Below, one piece after another: positions 8,982-18,277 of a DNA stretch of 64,000 nucleotides. The translations under genes were made by a program, and so were the position numbers. The notes under the pieces are model-generated. The model did no database searches, was not told the DNA's origin, and saw only the letters and a list, made by a program, of their open reading frames with translations. The first letter of the stretch is position 1, and each line of letters starts with the position of its first letter. Source of the stretch: Muribaculaceae bacterium (lineage in GTDB: Bacteria; Bacteroidota; Bacteroidia; Bacteroidales; Muribaculaceae); assembly GCA_045646905.1 (NCBI GenBank), contig JAZRLP010000022.1:37627-101626 (forward strand). The letters are read 5' to 3'.

Positions 8982-10105
8982 TGGCATTTTTGAGAAACAT
9001 ATTAGCAACGGTTTTCGTGGCAATATTTCTTGTGGCGTGCAATGGTAGCATAACCCGAGAAGAGGCTGTGGGGGAGGTCTTAACAACCCAATCACAATTG
9101 CTTTTTATTATTGATTGTGATGGGACTACGATTGTAGAAATCGAAAATCCGTGGAAAGAGGGGGCTTTATTAAAACGATATGCGCTTGTGCATCGTGAAG
9201 GTATTATACCCGAGAATTTGCCTGAAGATGCCGAGTTAGTGCGCGTTCCTATCACATCGGCGTTGGTATATTCATCTGTACATGCCGGTGCGTTTGAAGA
9301 ACTTGGGTGCATTGATGCTGTAACAGGAGTTGTTGATGCACAATATTATAAAATACCCTCAATAATTGAAGGGCTCGAAAGCGGGAAGGTAGCAGATGCT
9401 GGAAATTCAATGGCCCCCACGATTGAGAAAATAGTGGAACTTTCGCCCGAAGCAATTTTCACTTCGCCATTTCAAAATGCTGGACATGGCGCAATCGAAA
9501 AACTTGGTATTCCCATCATTGAATGTGCCGACTATATGGAAACAACTCCACTTGGGCGTGCCGAGTGGATAAAATTGTTTGGGGAATTATTGTGTAAGCG
9601 CGACGAGGCCAATGCTATATATGAAGAGGTAGAACGAAAATATAACGCACTTGTCGCAAAAACTAAAAATGTGGAAGAAAAACCAACAGTAATCAGCGAA
9701 ATGCTTATTGATGGTGTGTGGTTCTTGCCAGGCGGTCGCAGTTACATGGCTCAAATGTTTGCCGACGCAGGAGCCGATTATCCATGGAGTAGTGATAAAT
9801 CGACAGGCTCGCTTCAACTTGATTTCTCCACAGTGTATGATAAAGCTTATAACGCTGATTATTGGATTATAAAAAGCCCCGAGCCCAATTTTTCGCTTGC
9901 AAATCTTGAGTCAAAATATCCTTTGAATAAAAAGTTTGAAGCGTTTTCAAAAGGTGGGGTATATGTGATAAATACGGTTGAATCTTCTTTTTATGAGGAT
10001 TTCCCATTTCATCCCGAACGACTATTGCGAGAATATATCATATTGTTTCATTCCGAGGTGTTAGATGGTGATACATCGTTTAGTTACCTTCGTCAAGTAA
10101 AATAG
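8981..10105 (+). CDS. ABC transporter substrate-binding lipoprotein, BtuF/FecB-like (cobalamin/iron-complex type)
   Basis: GTG start overlaps the helicase stop by 1 nt. Has a signal peptide with lipobox (FLVAC). Size and context fit a FecCD-type permease and ATPase partner. Confidence 0.75.
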   Translation: MAFLRNILATVFVAIFLVACNGSITREEAVGEVLTTQSQLLFIIDCDGTTIVEIENPWKEGALLKRYALVHREGIIPENLPEDAELVRVPITSALVYSSVHAGAFEELGCIDAVTGVVDAQYYKIPSIIEGLESGKVADAGNSMAPTIEKIVELSPEAIFTSPFQNAGHGAIEKLGIPIIECADYMETTPLGRAEWIKLFGELLCKRDEANAIYEEVERKYNALVAKTKNVEEKPTVISEMLIDGVWFLPGGRSYMAQMFADAGADYPWSSDKSTGSLQLDFSTVYDKAYNADYWIIKSPEPNFSLANLESKYPLNKKFEAFSKGGVYVINTVESSFYEDFPFHPERLLREYIILFHSEVLDGDTSFSYLRQVK

Positions 10106-10119
10106 AATTAAGTAGATAA

Positions 10120-11460
10120 ATGGCAAAATACTCTAAAGCTTTTTGGACTGCCAACGCGGCAGAAATGTTGGAACGCATGGCATATTATGCTGTGTTCATT
10201 GTGATTACATTATACCTATCAAATACATTAGGTTTTTCTGATATTGAAGCGAGTCTTATCTCGGGACTTTTCTCGGGAGGTTTATATCTATTGCCGTTAT
10301 TTACAGGTGCATTTGCCGATAAGATAGGTTATCGCAAATCAATTATTGTTGCATTCTCATTACTATCGGCAGGGTATCTACTTCAAGGTCTATTGCCTAT
10401 AATGCTCGAGAGTGGCGGATTGGTGCAATATGGTGAAAAAACTATATATACGGGACTTATAGAGAGCTGGGAACGATATCTCATTATCCCTATTCTTGTT
10501 ATATTAATGATTGGTGGCTCATTTATTAAGTCGATTATTTCTGCATCAGTAGCTCGCGAAACTACATCCGAAACTCGTGCCAAAGGCTATTCGATATTCT
10601 ATATGATGGTTAACATCGGTTCGTTTACAGGAAAGAGTGTAATTGACCCTTTGCGTTCATTTGTAGGCGAATCGGCATATATTTATATTAACTTTTTCTC
10701 GGCAATATTGTGCGTATTAGCATTTGTGGCAATATTGCTATTTTACCATTCGGCCAATCACTCGGGCGAGGGAAAAAGTGTAAAAGAGGTGATGCAAGGG
10801 CTCTTAAAAGTTTTCTCTAATGGACGATTGCTAATTTTGATTCTTATCGTAACCGGATTCTGGATTGTGCAACAACAACTTTATGCTACAATGCCTAAAT
10901 ATGTGATTCGTCTTGCTGGTGAGACTGCACGACCCGGATGGATTGCTAATGTAAATCCATTTGTTGTGGTTGTGTGCGTAAATTTTGTGACACAACTAAT
11001 GGCTCGTCGCAAAGCATTGACATCTATAATTATAGGTATGTTCCTTATTCCACTCTCGGCAGTAGTAATGGCAACGGGAAATATCTTTACTGGCGAAATA
11101 TTGGGAATGCATCCTATCACATTTATGATGATAGTGGGCATTGCATTCCAAGCACTTGCCGAGTGTTTCATTTCTCCTCGCTATCTTGAGTATTTCTCAC
11201 TTCAAGCCCCTAAAGGAGAAGAGGGTTTATACTTGGGCTTTAGTCACTTACATTCATTTCTTTCATCGATATTAGGATTTGGACTTTCGGGTATTTTGTT
11301 GTCAAAATATTGCCCCGATCCTAATGGCTTTGAAACAGTAGAGGCATGGCAAACTGCAACAGCCAATGCTCATTACATTTGGTATTGGTTTGCTGCAATA
11401 GGTTTAATTTCGGCTTTTGCGTTGATAATTTATGCGCGAGTAAATAAATCAAAGGCATAA
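10120..11460 (+). CDS. MFS transporter, proton-dependent oligopeptide transporter (POT/PTR2)-like
   Basis: 446 aa, polytopic, with a PTR2-type N-terminal motif (EMLERMAYYAV). Confidence 0.7.
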   Translation: MAKYSKAFWTANAAEMLERMAYYAVFIVITLYLSNTLGFSDIEASLISGLFSGGLYLLPLFTGAFADKIGYRKSIIVAFSLLSAGYLLQGLLPIMLESGGLVQYGEKTIYTGLIESWERYLIIPILVILMIGGSFIKSIISASVARETTSETRAKGYSIFYMMVNIGSFTGKSVIDPLRSFVGESAYIYINFFSAILCVLAFVAILLFYHSANHSGEGKSVKEVMQGLLKVFSNGRLLILILIVTGFWIVQQQLYATMPKYVIRLAGETARPGWIANVNPFVVVVCVNFVTQLMARRKALTSIIIGMFLIPLSAVVMATGNIFTGEILGMHPITFMMIVGIAFQALAECFISPRYLEYFSLQAPKGEEGLYLGFSHLHSFLSSILGFGLSGILLSKYCPDPNGFETVEAWQTATANAHYIWYWFAAIGLISAFALIIYARVNKSKA

Positions 11461-11483
11461 CCTTAAAATAATTTCTTGATAGA

Positions 11484-12515
11484 ATGAGAACAACAAAACA
11501 TCGTTCAACAGTCACACTTATCGCACTTTCACTACTTGTGATAGTGTTATTGCCGTTGAACTTGGTGTTTGGCTCAATCGATATCCCGTTGAGTGAGGTT
11601 GTAAATGCTCTTATAGGAGAGCCTGTAGCAAAACACACATGGGAAACTATTGTGATAGAAACTCGTTTGCCAATGGCTCTAACAGCTACTCTTGCCGGAG
11701 CAGCTCTTGCTGTATCGGGATTATTGTTGCAAACAACATTTGATAATCCACTTGCTGGACCTTCAATATTGGGTGTTTCGACTGGTTCGAGCCTTGGTGT
11801 AGCTATTGTGATGCTTGCTATGGGTGGAGTGGTGAGTGAATCAATAAGTTCCTATTTGGGCATTTTGCTTGGAGCAATAGTGGGGGCTGCAGTGGTGATT
11901 CTTGTGCTATTGTTCTTCTCTTCAATAGTGAAATCAACTGCAATGCTTCTCATTATAGGTATTATGGTGGGATATCTCACCTCATCAGCAATCTCATTAC
12001 TCAATTTCTTCTCTACTCAAGAGGGAGTTCATTCGTTTGTGATATGGGGCATGGGTAATTTTACGGGTGTTACGCTCGACCGATTGCCTTTATTCTCAAT
12101 ATTAATATTGGTATCGTTGTTATTGTCGTTTATGCTCGTGAAACCACTCAATGCATTGCTGTTGGGCGCTCGTTATGCCGAAAATTTGGGTGTGAGCATT
12201 AAGGCTACTCGCAACAAATTATTGCTACTATCGGGTATCCTCACTGCAATAGTAACAGCATTTTGTGGACCTATTGGATTCCTGGGCTTGATAGTGCCAC
12301 ATATTGCTCGATTGGCATTGCGGTCGTCTAATCATACAGTCTTGTTGCCGGCTACAGCACTTGCAGGAGCAGTAATTGCGCTATTGTGTAATCTCATTAG
12401 TGTGTTGCCTGCATCGTGGGGAGTGATTCCTATAAATGCAATTACCCCTGTGATAGGTGTGCCTATCATTATATATATTATTATTAATCGCAAAAAGATA
12501 CTTTATTTCAACTAA
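11484..12515 (+). CDS. FecCD/BtuC family ABC transporter permease
   Basis: 343 aa, about 9-10 TM segments, with typical FecCD features (LAGAALAVSGLLLQ, GPIGFLGLIVPHIAR). Confidence 0.85.
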   Translation: MRTTKHRSTVTLIALSLLVIVLLPLNLVFGSIDIPLSEVVNALIGEPVAKHTWETIVIETRLPMALTATLAGAALAVSGLLLQTTFDNPLAGPSILGVSTGSSLGVAIVMLAMGGVVSESISSYLGILLGAIVGAAVVILVLLFFSSIVKSTAMLLIIGIMVGYLTSSAISLLNFFSTQEGVHSFVIWGMGNFTGVTLDRLPLFSILILVSLLLSFMLVKPLNALLLGARYAENLGVSIKATRNKLLLLSGILTAIVTAFCGPIGFLGLIVPHIARLALRSSNHTVLLPATALAGAVIALLCNLISVLPASWGVIPINAITPVIGVPIIIYIIINRKKILYFN

Positions 12516-13300
12516 TGGCTAAAGCAATGTTATCGACAATCGACCTCGCAGTGGGTTATCGCAATGGAAAGCGTGTAACCGAGGTGTTGACGCATCTCGA
12601 TGTATCGCTCTATGTTGGCGAATTGGTATGCTTGCTTGGCGCAAATGGGATTGGTAAATCGACATTGTTACGCACGATCTCGGGAGTCCAACCGGCATTG
12701 AGAGGGACGATTGAAATAAATGGTCGCGATTTGACAGACTATTCTTCTAAAGATCTCTCAAAACTTATAGGTATTGTATATACCGATCGCACTCTTGCTG
12801 GGGCGTTGACTGTTGAGGAACTTGTATCGCTTGGTCGTCAACCTTATACAGGGTTCTTTGGCCGTCTTGATGCTGATGACCGCCAAGTGGTGGCTGATGC
12901 TATTGAAAGTGTGGGTATGAGCCATAAAACACACGATTATGTAGCTACACTATCTGATGGCGAACGACAAAAAGCTATGATAGCACGCGCCTTAGCGCAA
13001 GAAACTCCTATAATAATTCTTGATGAACCAACGGCATTTCTTGATGTAGCTTCGCGCATTGAAACGATGCAACTGTTGCGTCAACTTGCTCAATCGCAAC
13101 AAAAGGCGGTACTACTTTCAACTCATGATGTAGGATTATCACTTCCATTGACCGACCGCCTTTGGCTCGTAACTGCCGACTCTACTGTCGTAGAAGGTAC
13201 TACTTCTAAATTCATCAGCGACGGCACACTCAACAACCTCTTTCCAGGTCGCAATGTAGCATTTGACTCTTCAGTAATGGACTTTAGAGTAAAAGATTGA
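12515..13300 (+). CDS. ABC transporter ATP-binding protein (BtuD/FecE-like)
   Basis: Has Walker A GANGIGKST, signature LSDGERQ and Walker B IIILDEP. The start overlaps the permease stop. Confidence 0.88.
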   Translation: MAKAMLSTIDLAVGYRNGKRVTEVLTHLDVSLYVGELVCLLGANGIGKSTLLRTISGVQPALRGTIEINGRDLTDYSSKDLSKLIGIVYTDRTLAGALTVEELVSLGRQPYTGFFGRLDADDRQVVADAIESVGMSHKTHDYVATLSDGERQKAMIARALAQETPIIILDEPTAFLDVASRIETMQLLRQLAQSQQKAVLLSTHDVGLSLPLTDRLWLVTADSTVVEGTTSKFISDGTLNNLFPGRNVAFDSSVMDFRVKD

Positions 13301-13324
13301 TAAAAACAATAGAGATTATATAAT

Positions 13325-13359
13325 AAAAGCCACCGAGGTTATTGACTTCGGTGGCTTTT
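13325..13359. terminator. bidirectional rho-independent terminator between convergent genes
   Basis: AAAA-GCCACCGA ... TCGGTGGC-TTTT. Confidence 0.75.
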
Positions 13360-13380
13360 GTTATAGATTGTTGAGAAAGT

Positions 13381-16300
13381 TTATTTTACCAATACTTTCT
13401 TTCCATTGATAATGTAGATGCCGGGTTGAGAGATTTCGTTAATGCGAACACCATTGATATTGTAGATAATGGGTTGTGCATTGTTGCCATTTTCATCGTT
13501 TATGATAATATTTTCAATGCCCGAATAAACTCCTTCATCAAAGATGATGTGATCTTTGTCAAAGAACGCAGTCCAGTTGCTATCGGCTTCGTATGCAGCT
13601 TCGGCTTCGGCCGATGAAACATAAAGTATAGCTCCTTCGGCAATGTTGTTGAATGCATCGGTGTCATCAAATGTTGCAGGAGTTGGACTTGATGCATATA
13701 TAGTGCTTAAAGAAGTGCAGTATGCAAATGCACAATAGTCAATATTTGTTAGGTTATCGGGAAGAGTAATCTCTTTAAGAGCATTACAGTTATAGAAAGC
13801 AAATACCCCAATTTTTTCAATGCTACTTGGTAGAACTACAGAATCAAGACTTGTACAACCATAAAAAGTGCTTGATTCAATTTTTTTAATGTTGTAAAGT
13901 TTGATTGTTTTGAGTGATGTGCATTCTTGGAATGCATTAGACCCTAATGTTTTAAGCGCTTTGGACATGCGGATTTTTTCCAAGTTAGAGCAATCTTGGA
14001 ACGCATAATTGCCTATGCTTTGAACATCATTAGGGATACTCATAGACGAGAGTGATGAACATTCTTGGAAAGCTCCATTGCCTATTGATTTAACTTTTTC
14101 GGGAATAGAAATTGAGGTCAATGCAGTGCAGCCTTTGAATACATAAGATCCTAATTCTTCCACATTTGAAGGAATTGAAATCGATTCAAGCGAAGTGCAA
14201 TTCTCAAATGTTTCTGAACCTAATGATGTGATATTTTGAGGAAGTGTTACCGATTTGAGATTGCTACAATCAGCAAAAATGCCACCTTCCATTACTCTCA
14301 CCGATTCGGGAATAACGAAACTTTCAAGTGCAGAGCAATTAATGAATGCTCCATACCAAATGCTACCAATGTTGTCATGTAGATTGATTTTCTTTAATGA
14401 GGTACATCCATAAAAGGCTGTGTTTGGGATATATGACATTGATTCAGGGTAGGTAAACTCGGTGAAACCAGTACAGTCGCGGAAAGCATTAGACCCTATT
14501 GAACTAATGTTGTTGTGGAAAATTATTTCGGTCAAGTTAGCAGCTCCTTGGAATGCTGAGTTTGAGAGTTCTTTCGCGTGAGATGGGATTGTATAACTTG
14601 TTCCACTTTTTCCCGCAGGATAACATTCGAGATAAGTATAGTTGGAAGTGACGATATCGAAAAGTACTCCGTCTTCAGCAAAGTAGTTTTTGTTATTTTT
14701 GTCAACCTTGATTTCAGGGAGTGAGCTACAACCTGCGAATGCTCCTAAATTAATATTTTTTACATTTGCAGGGATAAACACCTCGGTCAAACTTGCGCAA
14801 TTTTCAAATGCAGCATTGCCAATAGTTGTGATTGAGTTTGGAATGTTTACCTCTTTGAGGTTTTCGCAATTGCCAAATGCGCGGTAAGGAATTTCTTCAA
14901 AACCTTCGGGGATATTTACTTTAGTAATCTCCTTATTGTCGAGGAATAAATTATCGGCTAAAGAAGTAATTGAGTATTGAATGCCATTAATAAATACTGA
15001 ACGAGGAATAGAAATTTCGCCAGCTGCATCAATAGTTTTTGTGATAGTTGCGGTGAAATCGTCGGTAGATGTGATTTTATATACAAAAGCGTCTTGTAGA
15101 ATTTCATCAGTAACGGTTATTGTAACTGAAGCCGTTTTCCCACTGCCATCGAGATTTGTAACTTTAAGGGTTGCAGTTCCAGGAGCTACACCTTTGATGT
15201 ATCCATATTGGTCAACAGTCATAATTGACTCGTCGCTTGATTCCCAAAGCACTTGTGGTATGTTGCTGTTGTTCTCAACTGAGCATTGAAATCCTTGGTT
15301 GATACATAATTTATTTTGGTGAGGCGTATCTCGAATATATGTGCTATGTATTGTTGGTTTATATTCTACAATATTGTCGCCAAAAATACTCCAGCCAGTA
15401 GCCTCTTTGTAAGCTTTTAAAGCACCAAAAGGTACATACAATTTAGCGCCTTCAGGTAGATTGTTGAATGCGTTTTCGTGGGCTATAGCAGGCGTTTCGC
15501 TTTCTGCAACTATTGTCATGAGGTTAGGGCAGTTGGCAAACGCATTTTCTGCAATAGAAGTGATGCCTTCAGTTATAACTATGTGAACCAACCCTGCGCC
15601 ATCAAATGCGTTCTTTTCAATAGCAACTTCGATGTTAGAATTAATTCTTGTTAGCGTGAAAGTAGATAATCCAGTACAACCCGCAAACGCATATTCGCCA
15701 TATCGTTTGATTGCATTATCTTGGAATGTTAATTTTGTGAGTTTGTCGCAATTGCGGAACGCATTATTGCCAATTTCTCTACCTTTATAACCATAGAGTG
15801 CATAGTTGTTGAGATATACACTTCCTGAATATTCATTGTCGACTTCATCGTAAGAAGTACCTGCAAATGAGATTTCTAATTCTTTGTCTTCTTCACTTAA
15901 AACGCTGAAATAGGCATTGTTGTAATTAAACTTGTTGAGAACTGAAATTTGACACGATGCAGTCATAGGTGTTTGCCCCGAAATAGTAGCCGTTGCAGTG
16001 ATTGTTGCATTACCAGCTCCTTTTGCAGAAACAAGACCATTGTTGTCAACTGTAGCAACCGATGTATTGCTAGAAGTCCATGAAATAGTTGCTGATTCAG
16101 ATGCAGGAGTTACACTTGCTGTGAGTTGTGTAGTTCCGTTGCGATATAAGCGTTGAGATGTAGAGTTGAGGGTTACAACTACACCATATGAAAAGTTTGT
16201 AAATGTGTTCCAACCTGTAGCATTTTTATATTTGTCGAGAGCATTGGCTGAAGGCAGTTTTACGGTTGCACTTTCAATTCCTCTAAATGCATTAGCATGG

Positions 16301-16836
16301 GCTGTTGGAGGGGTTTCGTTGAGTGTAACGATGAGAGTTAATCCTGTGCTGGTATATGCATCTTCTCCAATCTCAGTAACGCTTGCAGGGAGTGTGATTT
16401 GAGTGAGAGCTTCAGCTCTAAGGAAAGCCTCTTTTTTGATTGTCTTAACTCCATTGCCAAGTGTAACTGATGTCAACCCGTTACAAGTAGCGAATGCGCC
16501 TACACCAATAGAGGTAACGCAGTCGGGAATTGTTATTGCTGTCACTTTGCTTGCACCAGTAACAGCATAATCACCGATAGCTGTTACATTATATTCAGTT
16601 CCGTTATATGTAACCTTTTCGGGAATTACGATATTGCCTGAATAGTTGAGCCAGTTTTGGTAGATATAATCATTATCATTGAGTTGCCCGAAATAGGTAA
16701 CCTCTACAGTTTTGTCAGCTTCGTTAGTGACATTGTAAGGAATGCCTCCCGATAAGAAATCGTAGGCCATTGCAGGGCAACTGCATAGAATAATCGCAAT
16801 TACCGCCAGCATTGATTGTAGTAAATTCTTTTTCAT
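13381..16836 (-). CDS. BspA-like leucine-rich-repeat surface protein with Big_2-type Ig domains and a T9SS C-terminal sorting domain
   Basis: 1151 aa with a signal peptide. Has many repeats of the form I.IP..V..IG..AF..C..L. and Big_2-like segments (ATVDNNGLVSAKGAGNATITA, MTVDQYGYIKGVAPGTATLKV). The C-terminus is IYNINGVRINEISQPGIYIINGKKVLVK. Confidence 0.8.
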   Translation of the reverse strand: MKKNLLQSMLAVIAIILCSCPAMAYDFLSGGIPYNVTNEADKTVEVTYFGQLNDNDYIYQNWLNYSGNIVIPEKVTYNGTEYNVTAIGDYAVTGASKVTAITIPDCVTSIGVGAFATCNGLTSVTLGNGVKTIKKEAFLRAEALTQITLPASVTEIGEDAYTSTGLTLIVTLNETPPTAHANAFRGIESATVKLPSANALDKYKNATGWNTFTNFSYGVVVTLNSTSQRLYRNGTTQLTASVTPASESATISWTSSNTSVATVDNNGLVSAKGAGNATITATATISGQTPMTASCQISVLNKFNYNNAYFSVLSEEDKELEISFAGTSYDEVDNEYSGSVYLNNYALYGYKGREIGNNAFRNCDKLTKLTFQDNAIKRYGEYAFAGCTGLSTFTLTRINSNIEVAIEKNAFDGAGLVHIVITEGITSIAENAFANCPNLMTIVAESETPAIAHENAFNNLPEGAKLYVPFGALKAYKEATGWSIFGDNIVEYKPTIHSTYIRDTPHQNKLCINQGFQCSVENNSNIPQVLWESSDESIMTVDQYGYIKGVAPGTATLKVTNLDGSGKTASVTITVTDEILQDAFVYKITSTDDFTATITKTIDAAGEISIPRSVFINGIQYSITSLADNLFLDNKEITKVNIPEGFEEIPYRAFGNCENLKEVNIPNSITTIGNAAFENCASLTEVFIPANVKNINLGAFAGCSSLPEIKVDKNNKNYFAEDGVLFDIVTSNYTYLECYPAGKSGTSYTIPSHAKELSNSAFQGAANLTEIIFHNNISSIGSNAFRDCTGFTEFTYPESMSYIPNTAFYGCTSLKKINLHDNIGSIWYGAFINCSALESFVIPESVRVMEGGIFADCSNLKSVTLPQNITSLGSETFENCTSLESISIPSNVEELGSYVFKGCTALTSISIPEKVKSIGNGAFQECSSLSSMSIPNDVQSIGNYAFQDCSNLEKIRMSKALKTLGSNAFQECTSLKTIKLYNIKKIESSTFYGCTSLDSVVLPSSIEKIGVFAFYNCNALKEITLPDNLTNIDYCAFAYCTSLSTIYASSPTPATFDDTDAFNNIAEGAILYVSSAEAEAAYEADSNWTAFFDKDHIIFDEGVYSGIENIIINDENGNNAQPIIYNINGVRINEISQPGIYIINGKKVLVK

Positions 16837-16873
16837 TCTTAAAAGTTTTTTATTGGTTTTGTAATTAATTATC

Positions 16874-16931
16874 TAAAAAATAAAATGCTACCTATTTGAC
16901 ACTGATTAAATTGTGTCTTATATGGCAGCAT
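16874..16931 (-). terminator. terminator-like hairpin plus U-run inside the 5' leader of the LRR gene
   Basis: Minus strand: CATGCTGCC...GACAC-N10-GTGTC...GGTAGCAT followed by TTTATTTTTT. It lies between the -7 box at 17046..17053 and the ATG at 16836. Confidence 0.45.
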
Positions 16932-16939
16932 GATTTTTT

Positions 16940-16962
16940 AATGTGTCAATTTTTGACACATT
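16940..16962. promoter_or_regulatory. perfect 10-bp-arm palindrome AATGTGTCAA-TTT-TTGACACATT (possible operator or RNA hairpin)
   Basis: Read directly from the sequence. It lies within the leader of the LRR gene. Confidence 0.5.
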
Positions 16963-17045
16963 AGGTGGGGCAATCTCCCCTCCATGATATAATGCTATAG
17001 TTAAATTTGTCATTTCGTAATATTCTTATCTTTAAAAGATAAATG

Positions 17046-17053
17046 CAAATTTA
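17046..17053 (-). promoter_or_regulatory. -7 promoter box TAAATTTG (minus strand) about 210 nt upstream of the LRR gene
   Basis: Reverse complement of CAAATTTA matches TAnnTTTG. Confidence 0.45.
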
Positions 17054-17141
17054 ACGATATCAATATTATTATCAACCTTTGTTTGGTTAATAAAACTTAA
17101 TGGAAGAATGAAAAAATGAAGTTTGAAGATGCTATAGCTTA

Positions 17142-18254
17142 TTACATCTTTGAGATTTCGCCTGTAGGAGAAATGTTGAGGCGAGTGTCGGGGAAGTCGA
17201 TTTTTGAAAGTCGGTCAATGTCGTGAGCTGCACCATGTTTGGGGTCAAGAATAGGGCCTTTCCCTTGGCGTTGAACAAAACTGTGGATTTTACCTTTTTG
17301 GAACACCCCTTTGTTATCGACAGTAACATCGAGTAATGGGGCATAACCAAATGGGATTGCGTTGTTCATCCCCTTGGGGGTGCAGAAGTTTCCTAGACTA
17401 TATGCGATAATGCGGTCTTTATAAATTTCCATGGCTCGAACCACATGAGGACTATGGCCAAAAATAACATCGCCACCAGCATCAACACACATTCGTGTAA
17501 ATTTATATACATCGCCACGGCTCAATCCATTGTTGAAGATTTCACGGCGTTTAGGTACATTGCGAGCTCCTAATCCTTCGCACCCTCCATGAAATGACAC
17601 CACTACGATGTCGGCGACTTTGTCGGCCGCACGCACTACCGAGTCGGCACTCTCAAGGTCGTCGAGGTGATATGCGCCAGGGCTTGTACTGAATGCGCAA
17701 AGGGCATATTTTAAGCCATCTTTTTCTATTATAGTGTAGCCAGCCTCTCTTTTTACGCCTGAATATGGCATTTTTACGCGTTTGAGTGTTGCGATTGTCG
17801 AATCAACTCCCATGCCATGGAAATCATTGGCATGATTATTGGTAATTGCCATTGCTGTAAAGCCTGCATCGACAAGATATTGAGCATATCGTTGAGGCAT
17901 CATGAAATTTACTGCCGAGAAGGTGTTTTTCATCTTTTGCGATTGAGGAGTGCGGTCAAGTAATACACCCTCAAGATTCCCTACGATGAAATCACCTTGA
18001 GCAATGATTGGTTTTACGCTGTCAAAAAGCGATTTACCATCATCGGCTGTCATATAACGATTGTCCCAAGGACATTGCGAACCCATCATTATGTCGCCCA
18101 TCATCATCACTCTCACCGATGAGGGCTTTTGGGGTGTGGCGACGCTATCGGTTACTTGATTTTCGTTTGCAGTTGAATTATCGGTATTTGAGCCACAACT
18201 CACCATCGAAAAGATAATTGCACTACTAATTAGAAGAGATAAGATTGATTTCAT
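17142..18254 (-). CDS. CapA family (PGA_cap metallophosphatase-like) lipoprotein
   Basis: 370 aa with a lipobox (MVSCGS). Has CapA-like motifs (MMMGDIMMG, ITNNHANDFG-like, VVSFHGG, GHSPHV). Confidence 0.78.
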   Translation of the reverse strand: MKSILSLLISSAIIFSMVSCGSNTDNSTANENQVTDSVATPQKPSSVRVMMMGDIMMGSQCPWDNRYMTADDGKSLFDSVKPIIAQGDFIVGNLEGVLLDRTPQSQKMKNTFSAVNFMMPQRYAQYLVDAGFTAMAITNNHANDFHGMGVDSTIATLKRVKMPYSGVKREAGYTIIEKDGLKYALCAFSTSPGAYHLDDLESADSVVRAADKVADIVVVSFHGGCEGLGARNVPKRREIFNNGLSRGDVYKFTRMCVDAGGDVIFGHSPHVVRAMEIYKDRIIAYSLGNFCTPKGMNNAIPFGYAPLLDVTVDNKGVFQKGKIHSFVQRQGKGPILDPKHGAAHDIDRLSKIDFPDTRLNISPTGEISKM

Positions 18255-18277
18255 ATGAAAGAGGAAATATGTTGATA

